DNA of 64,000 bases. Origin: Eremomyces bilateralis CBS 781.70 (lineage: Eukaryota). The stretch lies in the NCBI GenBank assembly GCA_010015585.1, contig ML975158.1. One strand, 5' to 3'. This document shows, in pieces, positions 1 through 12,666 of the stretch. A model generated the notes under the pieces. That model made no database searches. It was not told the origin of the DNA and was given only the letters and a program-made list of their open reading frames with translations. Made by a program: the position numbers and the translations under genes. The stretch's first letter is position 1, and each line of letters begins with the position of its first letter.

Positions 1-1165
1 ATTGGAGACTCAAGAGTAAGCCTTTTTGCCATTGGCTAGATAAGAGTGATATACTGACTGATACGACAGGATCATCGATGGCGCCCAACGGACGACCATA
101 AACTATGGCCCGTACCAGATCCCTCCGAATGGCATGCTATCTAAGCCTACGCTCAGGGCCGAGACTCCTTGCAAGGATTGTTTCGTCACTGCTATCCAAG
201 CCAATATCCTGTACCTAGATGGCAAAGTTGCCAACGTCAACACAGGGGCGTGGCTGCACCACATGGTATTTTCGACACATCCAGCGACCCCTTCGGCAAC
301 AGACAGTATTAATACGTTGGTTAGGTAATAACCTCCGGAATTTCGCCGATTTTCGCCTCTGGTAACGAGCGAACTCCTCTTCGTGTGAACGGGAAATATA
401 AATATGGTATCGAGTTGGATGCCAGGTCCAGCTTCATGTTTATCACCGATCTCATGAGCCTGAGCTCCGAAACCCAGACAGTCAATATGGCTATCACCTA
501 TGAATGGATTCCCAAAGCCCGGGCTACAGGCTACAGGGACGTCTACATGGTACGTAATGAGTTGGTCGGGGGGGCACCCCTGACCCCTTACCCCGACTGA
601 GAAAATGTGCTAACGCCTGACAGAAATGGAACGACGTTGGTCAACCGAACGCCAGAGAAGGACAATACAGCTTCAAGTCAAGAGAATCCGCAGTCACCGT
701 GTCCGGTAAGTGTCATGTCCAACGTATATTTTTGATTATAATTTGCTAAACACAAGACTAGGACGTCTTCTTTACACCAATGGTCATGTGCATGACGGTG
801 GCACGCACACGATTCTTTACGTCGATGGCAAGGAGGCGTGCAAATCCGTAATGTTGTACGGCCGCCGCCCCGGGTTCTCGGAGGCTGGTTCTGAAGGTGC
901 TGGAGCAACCGAGACCCCCGCCGCGGGCCATGATGCTGGTGCTCACGAACACCGTCGCGATCTCGTCGCTCGCCAAGGCCATGGTGGGCATGCCGGTTCA
1001 CTTCATATCTCCGATTCCTCGACCTGCGTTGACTTCGGCGATGTCCGCTCGGGGCAGAAAATGCACGTCGAAGCGTTCTATGATTCAGATAAATACCCGT
1101 TGATGGAGCACAACGGCGAGAAGGAGAAGCTGATGGGAATCATGCGTGTATATGTTGGCAGCTGA
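1..1165 (+). CDS. Uncharacterised multi-exon fungal protein (5' end outside the window) with WLHH, GHVHDGG and C-terminal MGI motifs; possible PHM/Nod19-like copper-binding fold
   Basis: ORFs 134-328, 385-600 and 710-1165 join through GT-AG introns (~16-69, 266-324, 550-623, ~706-761) into one frame: ...PCKDCFVT..GAWLHHM|VITSGISPIFASGNERTP..|..GRLLYTNGHVHDGG..LMGIMRVYVGS*. Confidence 0.75.
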
Positions 1166-1328
1166 GTGTGATCTGCTTGGTTCGGTTGTATATCGTTGGA
1201 CGCATGCCTTCACATTCATTCCCGAGGCTGCCTATCTATTCTTATGTAGATATTTGATCCAAAGAGACTGCATCTTGCCTCCTCAAGAAACTCGATGAAT
1301 CCTTTGTGTAACTGTCAAAGCATACTCA

Positions 1329-2796
1329 TTAGTAGTACACGTTTGCCGAGGTGCTCGTGGCCTGGGAGCCCAGGAAAGCCCCCGGAGGAGCAGGGTGTTC
1401 TTCATCGTCAGAGTCACTCTCGCCTTGCTTGGTATCATCATGATGGCCAGGAGGGGCTCGCATCCGGAATACGATATCCTCTTCGGGGTTTGGGGCTTTG
1501 AAGGGCTTTGGGGTATGGTACTCTCTCCCCGATGGTATTGTTGATAGCAAAGGATCATACGGGGGGATAACCTGAACATTAACCTTTGGTGGATCAGCAC
1601 ATGACTGGCGGGTAACAGGGTAAGCGTGGACTTACGGTATCGTTCATCTTTGCCCACTTCTTCTCCAGCTTGTCCACGATCCGTGCTTCCTCAAATCGAC
1701 CCGCATCGGTGCCCCAGTCAACACCCCTCTTAATCTTCTTATCCTCTCTCTTCTCTGCCCAGTCTTTCCTAAACCTCGAAAATCCTTTTAGCTTGCCATC
1801 GTCCTCACTCGTGCTCGCTCCAAAACCGAGTTCCGCCTTCGCTCCCCTTAACCAGGCAATGCCCTCGCCCGTTCTCTCCGCTAATTCGGCATCGATTCCT
1901 AAGAATCGGCACGCTTTACCCCTCGCGGTCCGCCTCAAATCGTCGGAATACGCCAATAAGTCCTCGTCTACTTTGCCCGATGAGCCGAACAGGGCCCGCG
2001 CTTGCGCGGCATGCCCGGCTGCTGCGAGGCAAAGTCGCGCGAACAGATGGGCGCGAACCTTGGGGATTTCCGGGCTCTTGAACATCCAGTCCTTAACGTT
2101 CTCATTGCGATCGTCAGCGACGACAGAAGGGTAAGGGTCGTCTTTCAGAACCGTGATGAGCGTCGCCTCTGCCATGGTCAGGGAGGCCAGTGCACTCTGT
2201 AGTGCTTGGGATATGTCCGCTGTTGCTGGCGGGGTTGTCCACTGCCCTGCTCGTGCGGCGAGATAAGAGTGGATGGAGTTTGCCTCCAGATAATACCTCA
2301 TCGCAGATGTGATGGCTGCTGTCCGCTGAGCGCCGTCTAATACCGTACCATTGTACAAGGTATGCATCTGAGTTCGAGCGAGCATCGAGTTCGCGAGAGC
2401 CAATGTGGACAGTATAAATGCAATTTCTGACTCGAGACTTCGTACTCGGACTCGAGGGGGCTCTCGGCCTCCCACTGTCGATGAGAGCGTCGCCCGCCAT
2501 TCTACTTCCAGCTCTTTAACTAACACGACGTCGACTTCTTCCCCGGATATCTTCGACCCGCTTAGGCCTACATCGGCCATGAACAAATATGGGAGATATT
2601 CATTGATGGACGACAGCACATTCGACAGGTTGCTAGCCTGAGACGAGGGCGGAAGCCGCTTGTGCTTCTTCAACGCATCGCGAACCACTGCACGCCTGGT
2701 GGTGAGAGTTATCGGCAACGATGGATGGGTTGTGCTGCTGAAAAATTCGGAGAATCTGATGAAGGAAGTCGTCGGAAGGATAAATGGAAACGGCAT
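1329..2796 (-). CDS. palC: pH-response regulator PalC (BRO1-like domain)
   Basis: N-terminus MPFPFILPTTS, central IPKVRAHLFARLCLAAA and C-terminal YY are typical of PalC. Intron 1584-1635 (GTAAGT...GCTGAT...AAG) joins KMNDT|VNVQVIPP..SANVYY*. Confidence 0.88.
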
Positions 2797-3270
2797 TGTC
2801 TTGATAATTATGCGAGTCGCGGATCCGTTGCTTGGAGCAGTTGGTTATCTGGGTTGGGCCCTTGAAAGCGAACGGGACAAAATAGAGGTTCAGAAATTTG
2901 GTTGCATGAGCGCATCACTTGGCATCAACCATTGATGTATCAGACTGAAAAGCGGCAAATTCGCGCATGTGGACGTGGTGACACTTTTCAAACGTGATGG
3001 CATTGAACATTGAGTGTTTAAGTATATACATGTGAAGTTTGTTGACTTCGAGGTCCTGTACCTGATCCGGTCGAAACCACTCCATGCTATGCAATTGCCG
3101 TTGCTATAATCAGCCGTCCAAATGGAAACCCTGAAGAGTAATTCTTCCTGTCCCTCCCATTTCGAATCGACGCTTGACTTTTGAGCAGCCGGTTTCAGCA
3201 CATGGAGGGCTTTGGATACCGTCGCTGTGCACTGGAACTCATCCCGATTGATCCCAAACACGCAAAGCGT

Positions 3271-3684
3271 CTATTCCGGCTTTGTGACATAATTCTGCTG
3301 CTCGAAAAGGAATCCCTTGATCTTCGTATTCGGTAATAGTTCGAAGTATCGCTCTGTCAATGCGTGTCAATGATAATTCCTGAATCACCACGCTTAAGAA
3401 ACAAAGAAACGACGCTCGACCGCAATCCGAGATCATGGGGATCTAGATATCCACTGACCTCTTAATTTCCCGCATTTCTCCAAGTGATTGACACCTTCTC
3501 TTCGATAGCAAGTGGCTAATTCCTCTCTCACCAACCGAGCCATCATCGCCTTAACCCACTGCTCGCGAATGATCGCATCTTGAGCCGCTTTGACGGCCTT
3601 GTGGTCTTCGAAGTCGACACCGTCAAAGGTTGGCGGAACCTTCGGCTTCTTCGCGAGAAAGGCTTCTGATTCGGGGGTCGGCAT
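3271..3684 (-). CDS. NADH:ubiquinone oxidoreductase 12 kDa accessory subunit (NDUFB10-like)
   Basis: MPTPESEAFLAKKPKVPPTFDGVDF..IIREQWV..CYRREGVNHLEKCG. Intron 3354-3458; exon 2 reads RYFELLPNTKIKGFLFEQQNYVTKPE*. Confidence 0.9.
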
Positions 3685-4002
3685 GTTTTATGGTCGATTG
3701 AAGGATGTCTAGGTTTCGGGGGTTGACTCGATGGGTGATGGGAGTGAGAATAGCTCTTTAGATGCAGTCGTCGGGTGGCCAGGAATTGTTCCTTGCTCCC
3801 TCGAGCCAATTGCTACAAGTAATATAGAATTGAGTCTCAAAGATTTGGAGTATGAGAGCTTGACAACAATAAGGATCCAGTTGATGGAGCTGTCATAGTT
3901 CAAGATAGAGTTGAGGTTTGTTCACGTGACAGCATTCATTTCATGCCTGAGGCTGTGAGGCAGTTCCGTCCATTTAAATTCGAATTGACGTTTCGCCGTT
4001 GC

Positions 4003-4560
4003 TCACTTTCTCGAGCTTCCACCATTCCTATCCGTTCCCCAAACATTGCTGAAAACCTCTCCAATATTGGGCATGCCCATTTCGCTCCCAATGCTTCCCA
4101 TCATAGCTCCAATGTCTCCTCCATTGCCCCATGCACTCCCCGCATCGCCCCATCTCTCCCACGCCTTCTCCTCTGCGCGAGGACTCCTGTACGCAACTCT
4201 CCACTTCCAATCCTCGAATCGAACCTCCTGTTCCGTTACCACCTCCTTAAGCCGTTCATTCTTTTCGCGCGCACATGACAGGCAGAGTCTCTCGATCTTG
4301 TTCGCGCGGAAGGGATGTGTGCGCGGCTCACAGGGAGTTGGAAAGAGGCGGTGGTATGTGCTTCGTGCCCGGGCGGCATGTGAAGGGTGCGAAGGGTGCG
4401 ATAGAGTGAGACGAGATGGCAATGTGGCGGTAAGGCTGGGTACTGCTGTGCCCAGTGATGATGCGAAGGCTCTGGCACGAAGGCAAAGTGGTGGAATGGG
4501 TTCGGGTTCGAGGATGACATGACCACAGTGCATGAAGATGTAGAGCTGATGGTAGCACAT
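4003..4560 (-). CDS. Hypothetical fungal protein with Cys/His pattern (MC..CGH..C..C..CxxC), possibly zinc-binding
   Basis: Open frame 4003-4698; likely start MCYHQLYIFMHCGH at 4560; CLSC followed by a charged helix. Confidence 0.55.
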   Translation of the reverse strand: MCYHQLYIFMHCGHVILEPEPIPPLCLRARAFASSLGTAVPSLTATLPSRLTLSHPSHPSHAARARSTYHRLFPTPCEPRTHPFRANKIERLCLSCAREKNERLKEVVTEQEVRFEDWKWRVAYRSPRAEEKAWERWGDAGSAWGNGGDIGAMMGSIGSEMGMPNIGEVFSNVWGTDRNGGSSRK

Positions 4561-5254
4561 ATTCTCTCCTTGATTTTTGGTCATCAAGTCTTTCGTGTTA
4601 TCTGAGTTCTTACTATGTCTGAAGTTTATACATCGTTCAGTTTGTCTTTGTCGAAGGCTCTTCTTTATATACTTCGCAGGACTTAAAAATGCTTTCATTG
4701 TTGTTGCGAGTGAATATCAGTCTGCCGGATATGGAATTCATGATTCATTCAGTCACAATCGCGAAGCATTCCTTCCGCCGACTTTTTGCGAAGGTAATTC
4801 AAACCTCGAATGCCTATCTTATACTCTATTGGGTGGATGCGAACTCCTAATTCGACCTTCAACTTACAGAGCCGAGCCTGGCCTTTTGGCGATATAACGG
4901 ACATCTTCGCCCCAGACAATATACTTTTCAGCATTTAAACGGCGAAATATGCATTTGCATTGGCACTGCGACAGTGCATGAAATCCCCTCAGTCGGTGCG
5001 TGTGGATTCGTTCGTCGCATTCACGCCACGGACATGGAGAGATATACAGTGTTTGGAAAGCAACAAGCTCGAGTATCTACCTCCAGCACTATGGTAACGC
5101 GATGCGAATCTGCAAGAAATATATTTTTCCAATATTAGGACAGAATCAAACGCCTCCGAAAATATCATGCATTAAAATCCAAACCCCATGACCGTCACAA
5201 AAACACCTTACCACATGGACGATATCTATGACCAACAGCGTATCGGCGCGAGCA

Positions 5255-8200
5255 CTAGGAAAATAGCAGGGACGATGGTTCGAGCAGGTGTCGCATGGCC
5301 GACTCCAGCTCTTCGAGAAGAGTGGCTGCAAAACCTATCCAAGACTCGAATGTCACAATCTCCAATATCATCTCATCCCCTTTGATGAACGCCTGGATCT
5401 TCCATTCTCGCAGAGGCTCAAGGTGCGGATAGATCGTCTCCATCCTGCAAGGGGTCGATCCAAATGCCATTTGCTCCACATGTTCGACATCTTGATGTAC
5501 GACCGTGTCGAACCAGTCAACGGTCTCTGGCCAGTCGGTGCAATGTTTGACAATCTCCTTCAGTCCGATGCCTTCGTACCGCGTCCGCGAGATGTGTTGG
5601 TGCTGGATCGATTGAAGCAAGTCGAGCACAGTCCAGTCGGATTCAAATTTCACCCTGGTTGGAACGTATTGCCAGCTTGGTCCCATCACGGCTTCGCAGT
5701 CTGGAAGCTCCAAGTTGCGTCCGCTGGCAACCTCACCGAATGTCACATCTCGAGACGAGAGACGCCGCGCCAGGCAGAGCGCCCATGCGGCTGTCGGAAG
5801 CGTTGCGATGGTGATTCCTTTCGGTCTCGAGGAGATGTCGATGGCCTTGTGGACACTGGCTGACTCTTTAGACGTCAGGGGGATATCGGGTCTGAGGACA
5901 GACATCGAGGAACCTTGCAGGGTTTGTCTCCAGTACTCGAGGCTCTGGGGAATATTCGTACGGACGACATGTGAGACGAATCTGGAGAATGGAACAGCTT
6001 CCTGGACCGGTGTACCGTTGAACAAGGCCGACAGCTGCTGTAGTAGGATTGGGAGACAGATCTCGTCATACTGCGCATGAGAAATTCTCATCATCAGACA
6101 ACTTTGGTTGCGATCGCCCTTGATGTATAAGAACTTGAGGAAGGGCGATCCCATCGGCATTCTCGTTTGAATATCCAATTCACACAACTTCTGCGCGAAG
6201 GACGGGACATCTCCCTCGATCTCGTATTCGACAATAGGGACCTCGATATCCTCCACGACTACACCGTAGCATGCGCTTTCGTGTTCGATGAAGACTGTTC
6301 TGAGGATTTCGTTTTGGGCCACCAAATCATTACAGCTCCTGAGCAGCTTCGTGCCATCTACGGAAGCACTAAAGTGGAATAGTTCGTACCGAGCCGAATA
6401 TCGTGGCAGTTGGGTGGTTCCCTTGACTGCAATCTCTTGTAGAGGCCGAGCAGGGAGAACATCGACGATCTTCCAGTCATTCCGGGCCAATGCAGGGCGG
6501 ACAGCTGTCGCAACAAACGAGTCAACGTCTGGAATTTGGAGCGTCCCGAACGGCGAGAATGTCTCTTGGACAGTTTTCACGGACTGGGTGTCTTCTGCGA
6601 CATCAGCTAGATCCTTGAGTTGCCTGAAACGGAAGATTTGGGCGACCGTCAATTTGAGGCCGGCGATCCGCGCTTCGGATACCAGCTTCATGGCACTGAT
6701 GGAGTCCCCGCCGATGTCGATGAAGCTATCATTCAATCCGATCTCAGTCTCCGTGATGCCTAGAAGTCGGCTCCATAGACCTCGTAGCTTTTCCTGCTTC
6801 GCCGATGTCACCGGGGCCCATTCGGTATTGCCTTGAGATTTTTGGATATCCGTCCTCAGCCTCTTCAAGTCGCTCGTCTTTCCAACAATCACTATTGAGC
6901 TGTTGTCTGCGAACTTCGCAAGATACCCAGTTTTATACAGTCGCAGCTGATGATTTGCACCGTCGGTTGACTGAACATTCGCCCATTGCGGCTCCAAAGC
7001 GTCGTCGGTGTGACTTGTCGGACGCCCTGTCAGCAGCTCACCAACCGCACCGATCGGCACCAGGGCGTCTGGATCGGTAGGACAGACGATCCAGCTCGAC
7101 CCTGATGATTCAAAGCTGTGCAGATCTTTCTCGCTGGGGAGTAATGGTGCTCCGCTCAGTTCCCGAATCTCCGCTCGTTCCACATCGGTGAGAACATCAA
7201 TGGTACCAAGAAGGCTACGATCATCAGCACAAAGGTCCTGAACAACTTGTCCGAACTCTTTCAAGATTTTCTCCATCAAAGGCTTTCCGACTGTACAGGA
7301 ATCAAAGCTTGCCATGGTGAGGAAACCGTTCGAGTCCAGTGAGCAGACGAGCATGAGCGCGTACGAGTTGAACTTGAGCGCTTCCCGAGCAGCGTCTTCG
7401 TCTCCAGCTGGGACAAAGCCATTAGCAGGCTCACTCTCCAGCGATTGGGTGATGGCCTCTTCGGTACTCGGGTGAAGGACCATGCCAGTCCTCAGCTCGC
7501 ACGCGTCAAAGGCGTCCAGACTGAGCCTTCGGATGTGCTGCAGCCCCATATGTTCGTGAGGAATGCGCAGGACTGTCTGCTGGTGGATCGCTTGCAAGTA
7601 ATCCAACTTGGATGCGCCACGGTCAACGGTGACTCGGACCGGCACTGTGGTGATCATTGGACCTTCGATTTCCTCCACACCAGGGATCGCGGCGTTTCGG
7701 CCGGTCAGAGTCTCGCCAAATACTACATCACTAGATCCAGTGTATTGAGCAGCAATGAACGCCCATGCTCCACGGATAGCGGTCGCCAGAGTGGTTTTGG
7801 AGGCCACATTCTTCGTGATAGGTACGTAGTGTTCGAGCAAGGAATCTGCCTGTGGTTGATATCCTGCGAACGGCAGAGCCGGAAACTGTGGCCCTGTTGC
7901 TCCCTCCAACTGGTCACGCCAGAAATGGCTGGATTCAGAATTGTCCTGTGAAGCAAGGTGTTGAATGAACTGCTTGAACGAAGCTGAGCGGACGATTTTC
8001 TGGCCATTGAAGGCCTTGTTTATCCGCTCCACAATCAGCGGCATAGACCAGCCATCGTAAAGCGCGTGGTGCATCGTCAAGACGAATTGTATATTGCCAG
8101 CCGCATCACCATTTGTGCTGGATGGGTCTGCGACAACACCGTATCGGGCAAGAGGCGTGCCAAGATCCATTGCCTCTTCAGCATCTTGCTGCAGATATTC

Positions 8201-11200
8201 TTGAAGATTGGCTCCAGATCTCCAACTGATGCTCTCATTTACAACCGCTTGCATGAGACCATGGCCGGGGACCTGGATGATCCGGGTGCGCATGATCGGA
8301 GAGTCGGCCACTACAGTCTCGAAAGCGGCTTGTAGCCTCTTAGCAAATGCGAGATCTGGTAGTGGGACCACCCTTTGCGCGACATAGGCCTCGTTGACCT
8401 TTGCAGAAAGTGCCATGAGGCCCTCTTGCAATGGGGTGCAAGGGTATATGTCCTCAATCTGATGCGGTGCCAGACCGCACAGTTTCCCCACTTGGAGACG
8501 AGCGTCGTCAATGTTCCACGTTGGCCCAATTAAGGAGAATGGAGCCGATTCTTCGGTGCTCGCATCGACACTAACGCGACCCATAGCCCTAGCCATGTCC
8601 CGTAATATTGGATGACGGAAGATGTCGGCGACGGTCAACACCAGTCTCTCCGCTCGTGCAGCTGCCACCAACTTCATTGCCCGGAGAGAATCGCCACCGA
8701 CACTGAAAAAGTTTTCCCCAGAGCTGATTTGATCCTTCGAATCGAACAAGTTCATCCAAAGTTGCTGAAGACCTTTTTCCATTTCAGTCTGCGGCGCAAC
8801 GGTTTCGGTCGAACTAACCCTGAATTTGGACAGCTCTTGTCTGGAAAAGGAGGATCCAATCTCTCGCAGCTTCTTGCGGTCTGTTTTGCGCGAGACAAGA
8901 GATGGCATCTCTTTCAACGGAATGTATGTGGTGGGTATCATGTAACTCGGAAGGTCCTCCGCAAGCTTGGTCTCAATGACTTCTACCAATTTTCCAAGGC
9001 CTGGAGAGAAGTGGGTGAGGAGATCTGTCGGATCCGCGGCATCCGAGTAATTCGGTTCAGAGATGAAAGCGGCAAGCATGGGTTCACTGCCAGGACCGGC
9101 AGCTGTGATAACTTCCACAGTGATCTTCGTCCCCGACGGAAGATGTCTTGCGATATGATACTCTACCTCTGCCAGTTCGATCCTCTGACCACGAAGCTTG
9201 ACTTGTTGATCTTTCCGGCCCATAAAGACGATGGCCCCGGTGCCATCTTGATCGTATCTGACAAGATCTCCAGTCTTATAAAGCCGACCATATCGAGCCG
9301 CGGCAGTCCGGTATCCGTCATCCAGCCACACGGGATTCTCGATGAACACATCGGCTGTCTTTTCTGGTTCACGGAGATAGCCTTGCCCCACAACGGGACC
9401 TTCTATGAGCAACTCGCCAACCGCGCCGATAGGAACCAATCGATTGTGGTCTTCAGGATCAACTATCCAAGTGACACCACCAACGCCTTTACCGATGTTG
9501 GTATATGATTTTCCGTGGCCGATATCATTATTTATTGTGCAGCCAACAGTGCACTCCGACGGACCGTACGCAATAACCAGTTTCGTCTTCTGGTTCCAAA
9601 CGGAGGCATCCTTCGCAGATATTGATTCACCGCCGAGTCCGAGTACTTCCAAGGAAGGCATGATATCAGGGTCCAGAACCCGAGCCACAGACGGGGTCAT
9701 ATGAGCCATATTGACTCGCATGGATCGTATGGCTTCGCTGAGATCATTGACGCGTGCGTCTTCGGACGGAACACAAATGCAACCACCATTAGCAAGCGTG
9801 CAAAGCATACAATCAATGCTGACGTCAAAGGCATAGGATGGGAAGTCGAGCACTCGTGAGTGCGGCTTATAACCAACGAGTTCTGCTCTCGGAAGTGCCC
9901 CGCTGGTGAAGTTCGTGTGGGAAATGATGACTCCTTTCGGCTTCCCAGTGCTCCCAGATGTGAATTGGAGATACATGGTCAACACGGGATTGACGGGAGG
10001 AAGTTCAACGACTGCCGGCAACAACTCGGGCCGCATTGACTGGTCATCAACCACGACAACTGTCGCATTCGGTGCGATTGCGGCGCCGAGTTTCGATTGG
10101 GCTTGGGAAGTTACAACCAACCTGGCGTTAACTTCTGTCGCGATAGTTCGCAACCTTGCCTCTGGCTGACTTGGGTCCGTGAGCACGACGGCGCTCCCCG
10201 TCTTCATGACCGCAAGTAATGCAACCACTGTCCATTTGCATTTTTCGAAGGAGAGAGGAATGGTTCGACCGGGACCGGCGCCAAGATCGAACAGCCTGAC
10301 CGCGAGTTGCGTTGATAGGGTATCGACCTCCCCATATGTAAGATCCCCGTCCCATGAAGTGACTGCGGGACGATCGGGGGATTTATGGGCGATCTCGGAA
10401 ACGATGTCTTGCATGCAAAGTTTGATCGTTTCGGGAACCGTACCGTTCCACTTCCAGAGTTGAGTCAACTCACTTTCCCCGACACGGACCGCCTCCGTAA
10501 CGGAATGGAATTTTTTCGAGGCCAGGCCCGTTAGAATGTCCATACAAGTGGATAGATATAAGGAGACTGTTCCGGATGACATGTCGCATGGAGTTTGCGT
10601 AGGACGAATCATGACTTCGTCTTGGATCATCTTGACTTCGATGGCAAACGGCCACTATGAGAAGGTCAGCACTATGAAGAATTGAAGTACAGGACAGTAT
10701 CACGTACATTGCCTTCATGCAGCACTGCATCGGATGTACTGGCAAACAGGCCAACCCCTCTCCTGTTGGGCATCCCTTGACCAACCCCTGAAGCAACTTT
10801 CCGGCGCATGGCCGATACGACTTCCAGATTTCTAGGAATGTCTTCGTCATTGCTGGCGACTACGTCGACCAATTGACCGATCAACTCTGGGGCATCAAAG
10901 CTGCAGCTATCGAGGGGTACAGAAAAGCCCCAACTGTGCGCAATATCACCTCCGATACCCACGCCCCGATAAAGGAGATATATCCATGCCAAGAGGATCA
11001 AATCAGCCTGCTGGTCGGCATCCTTGAGACCAAAATGAGGAATAATTGTTGATGTCCATTGCGATCGTTCATTGCTACTGTCTTCGGAGACACCGCCTTC
11101 AGTAACAATGCTCGAGCTAAGATCTGGAATGGATGTTGGAGGGGTTATGGTCCCGATCGCAATGAATGTTTTATCTCCAGCTCGACTTTTGTCCGACGGA

Positions 11201-11223
11201 GAGACGGGGGAATAGGGGAGCAT
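5255..11223 (-). CDS. sidD: Extracellular siderophore NRPS, NPS6/SidD type, A-T-C-dA-T-C, ~1970 aa
   Basis: A domain (FTSGSTGKPKG, YGPSE, LYKTGDL, QVKLRGQRIEL); T1 GGDSL; C1 HHALYDG; degenerate A remnant (VPIGAVGELL..LYKTGYL); T2 GGDSI; terminal C with SHAQYD. Intron 10655-10707 joins ORF 10672-11223 in frame (EGN|WPFAIEVKMIQ). Confidence 0.93.
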
Positions 11224-12455
11224 GTCGACTTCTGCTTCCCTTGAACTCCAACTCTTTGCTTGTATTCAATCACCCATTAAGGTAATAAGAAGTTCCAAGC
11301 GACCGATTCGACAAATGATTCTTTAGGAAGCGACTGGACTGATGCCTTGGACCTTTCCAAGAGATTCACGGGATAGAGCTTCGAAGAAGCGAAAGGCCTC
11401 TTTCAACAAAATGGAAGCTTGCAAGTCCAACTCGAGAATGGCATTACAGGGTACTGCATTTGATACAATTCCGGTCGTAACGAATTAACACCCACCCTAA
11501 ACGCAATCTCGGAAGAACATCCCGCTTCCATACGCCTACAACCCAGCACCTTGATTCCGTTCCATTTCCAAGGGAACGCGAATCACCTAGACTGTCTTTC
11601 CACTCTTTCCACGTTGCCCACCCCACCATGTGAGGCAGCGGCTAGAGTGTGGTCCAGTTTTTGATCTTCCATGGCTCGAACACGGCCAGGATGGCACGAT
11701 CTCAGGTTTCCCGAGGCAAGCTCCACGAGTACGACCCCTTCGTCATTGATCACCATGTCCGAAACCGTTTCACACGTCTATAGCATTTTCCACTCGGGTG
11801 GGGAATTATTTTCAAGTTTCTCGCAGCAAGGATGGTAGCGCAGGATTTGAGAGTATTTGACGATTGGCGCCTGGTGGAGTGAATTCAGTGCCGGGCCCAG
11901 GGGTTCTAGTATCAGTTAGTTGAAATAGCCCCCGATTTTCGCGTGCCATAGGAGAAATAATGGGTTCCGTGATCCGTCAAGCAATAGCCGGAATCTATGA
12001 TTCAGCAAACCGTTTAAGTTTAGCTCCAACCCCCCACCCTCCCCACCCCCATTCTCGAATGCCGTCTACCTGACCTCGGATACAGTGGTAGTTGCTATTT
12101 ACTATGTATTATGTATATATGTAATCATATTAGCCAACGCTGTCAGCCATTCAGTGCCCCCAGAGGTGCGGATTTTTGAATTGGTTGCAGGATCGTTGAA
12201 CGGTTGATCTCGGGAGTTTGCAGCAACGTTAATTAGGTACCCTACGGAATAATGCCGAACTCGATGTGCTCGGGACGAATCGCGAATAACCTCAGGGATC
12301 TCCCTGGGCTACAGAACCAGGGATGGACAGGATCACACGATGATGCCGATTAAAATGGCGTGAAAAAATTGAACAGACCAGGCGGAATAATGCGTCTGCA
12401 CTCTGCAGTTTCAGTCAGTGAACAGGCTATTTATGCTGTTGAACACGGGTATTAG

Positions 12456-12473
12456 GTATTCCGTACGGAATAC
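12456..12473. promoter_or_regulatory. Perfect 18-bp palindrome GTATTCCGTACGGAATAC upstream of the NRPS
   Basis: Self-complementary; the half-site CGGAATA recurs at 12245 and 12383. Confidence 0.45.
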
Positions 12474-12599
12474 ACGACAAAGAATCTTGAAAATGTCGAG
12501 GCACGGGTTGATATTTGCGAAAGAAATTTGTTCGAGGATGATCCCTGCGATTGGTAGGCGTTTCCTGTATTAATCCTTGTCACATCCTTGCAGCTTGGC

Positions 12600-12666
12600 A
12601 TCTGATAACTTTAATTACATGTGATCTGATGATCTGATAACCTCCCTAAAGGATCTGATATGATAA
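12600..12666. promoter_or_regulatory. Cluster of SreA/Sre1-type GATA boxes upstream of the NRPS
   Basis: ATCTGATAA at 12600 and 12632, ATCTGATga at 12624, ATCTGATAtgataa at 12653; consensus ATCWGATAA. Confidence 0.8.

Noticed and set aside
5288..10463. Long plus-strand ORFs (e.g. 8612-9508, 5288-5863) opposite the NRPS
   Set aside because: Antisense shadows of a long coding sequence with no recognisable motifs.
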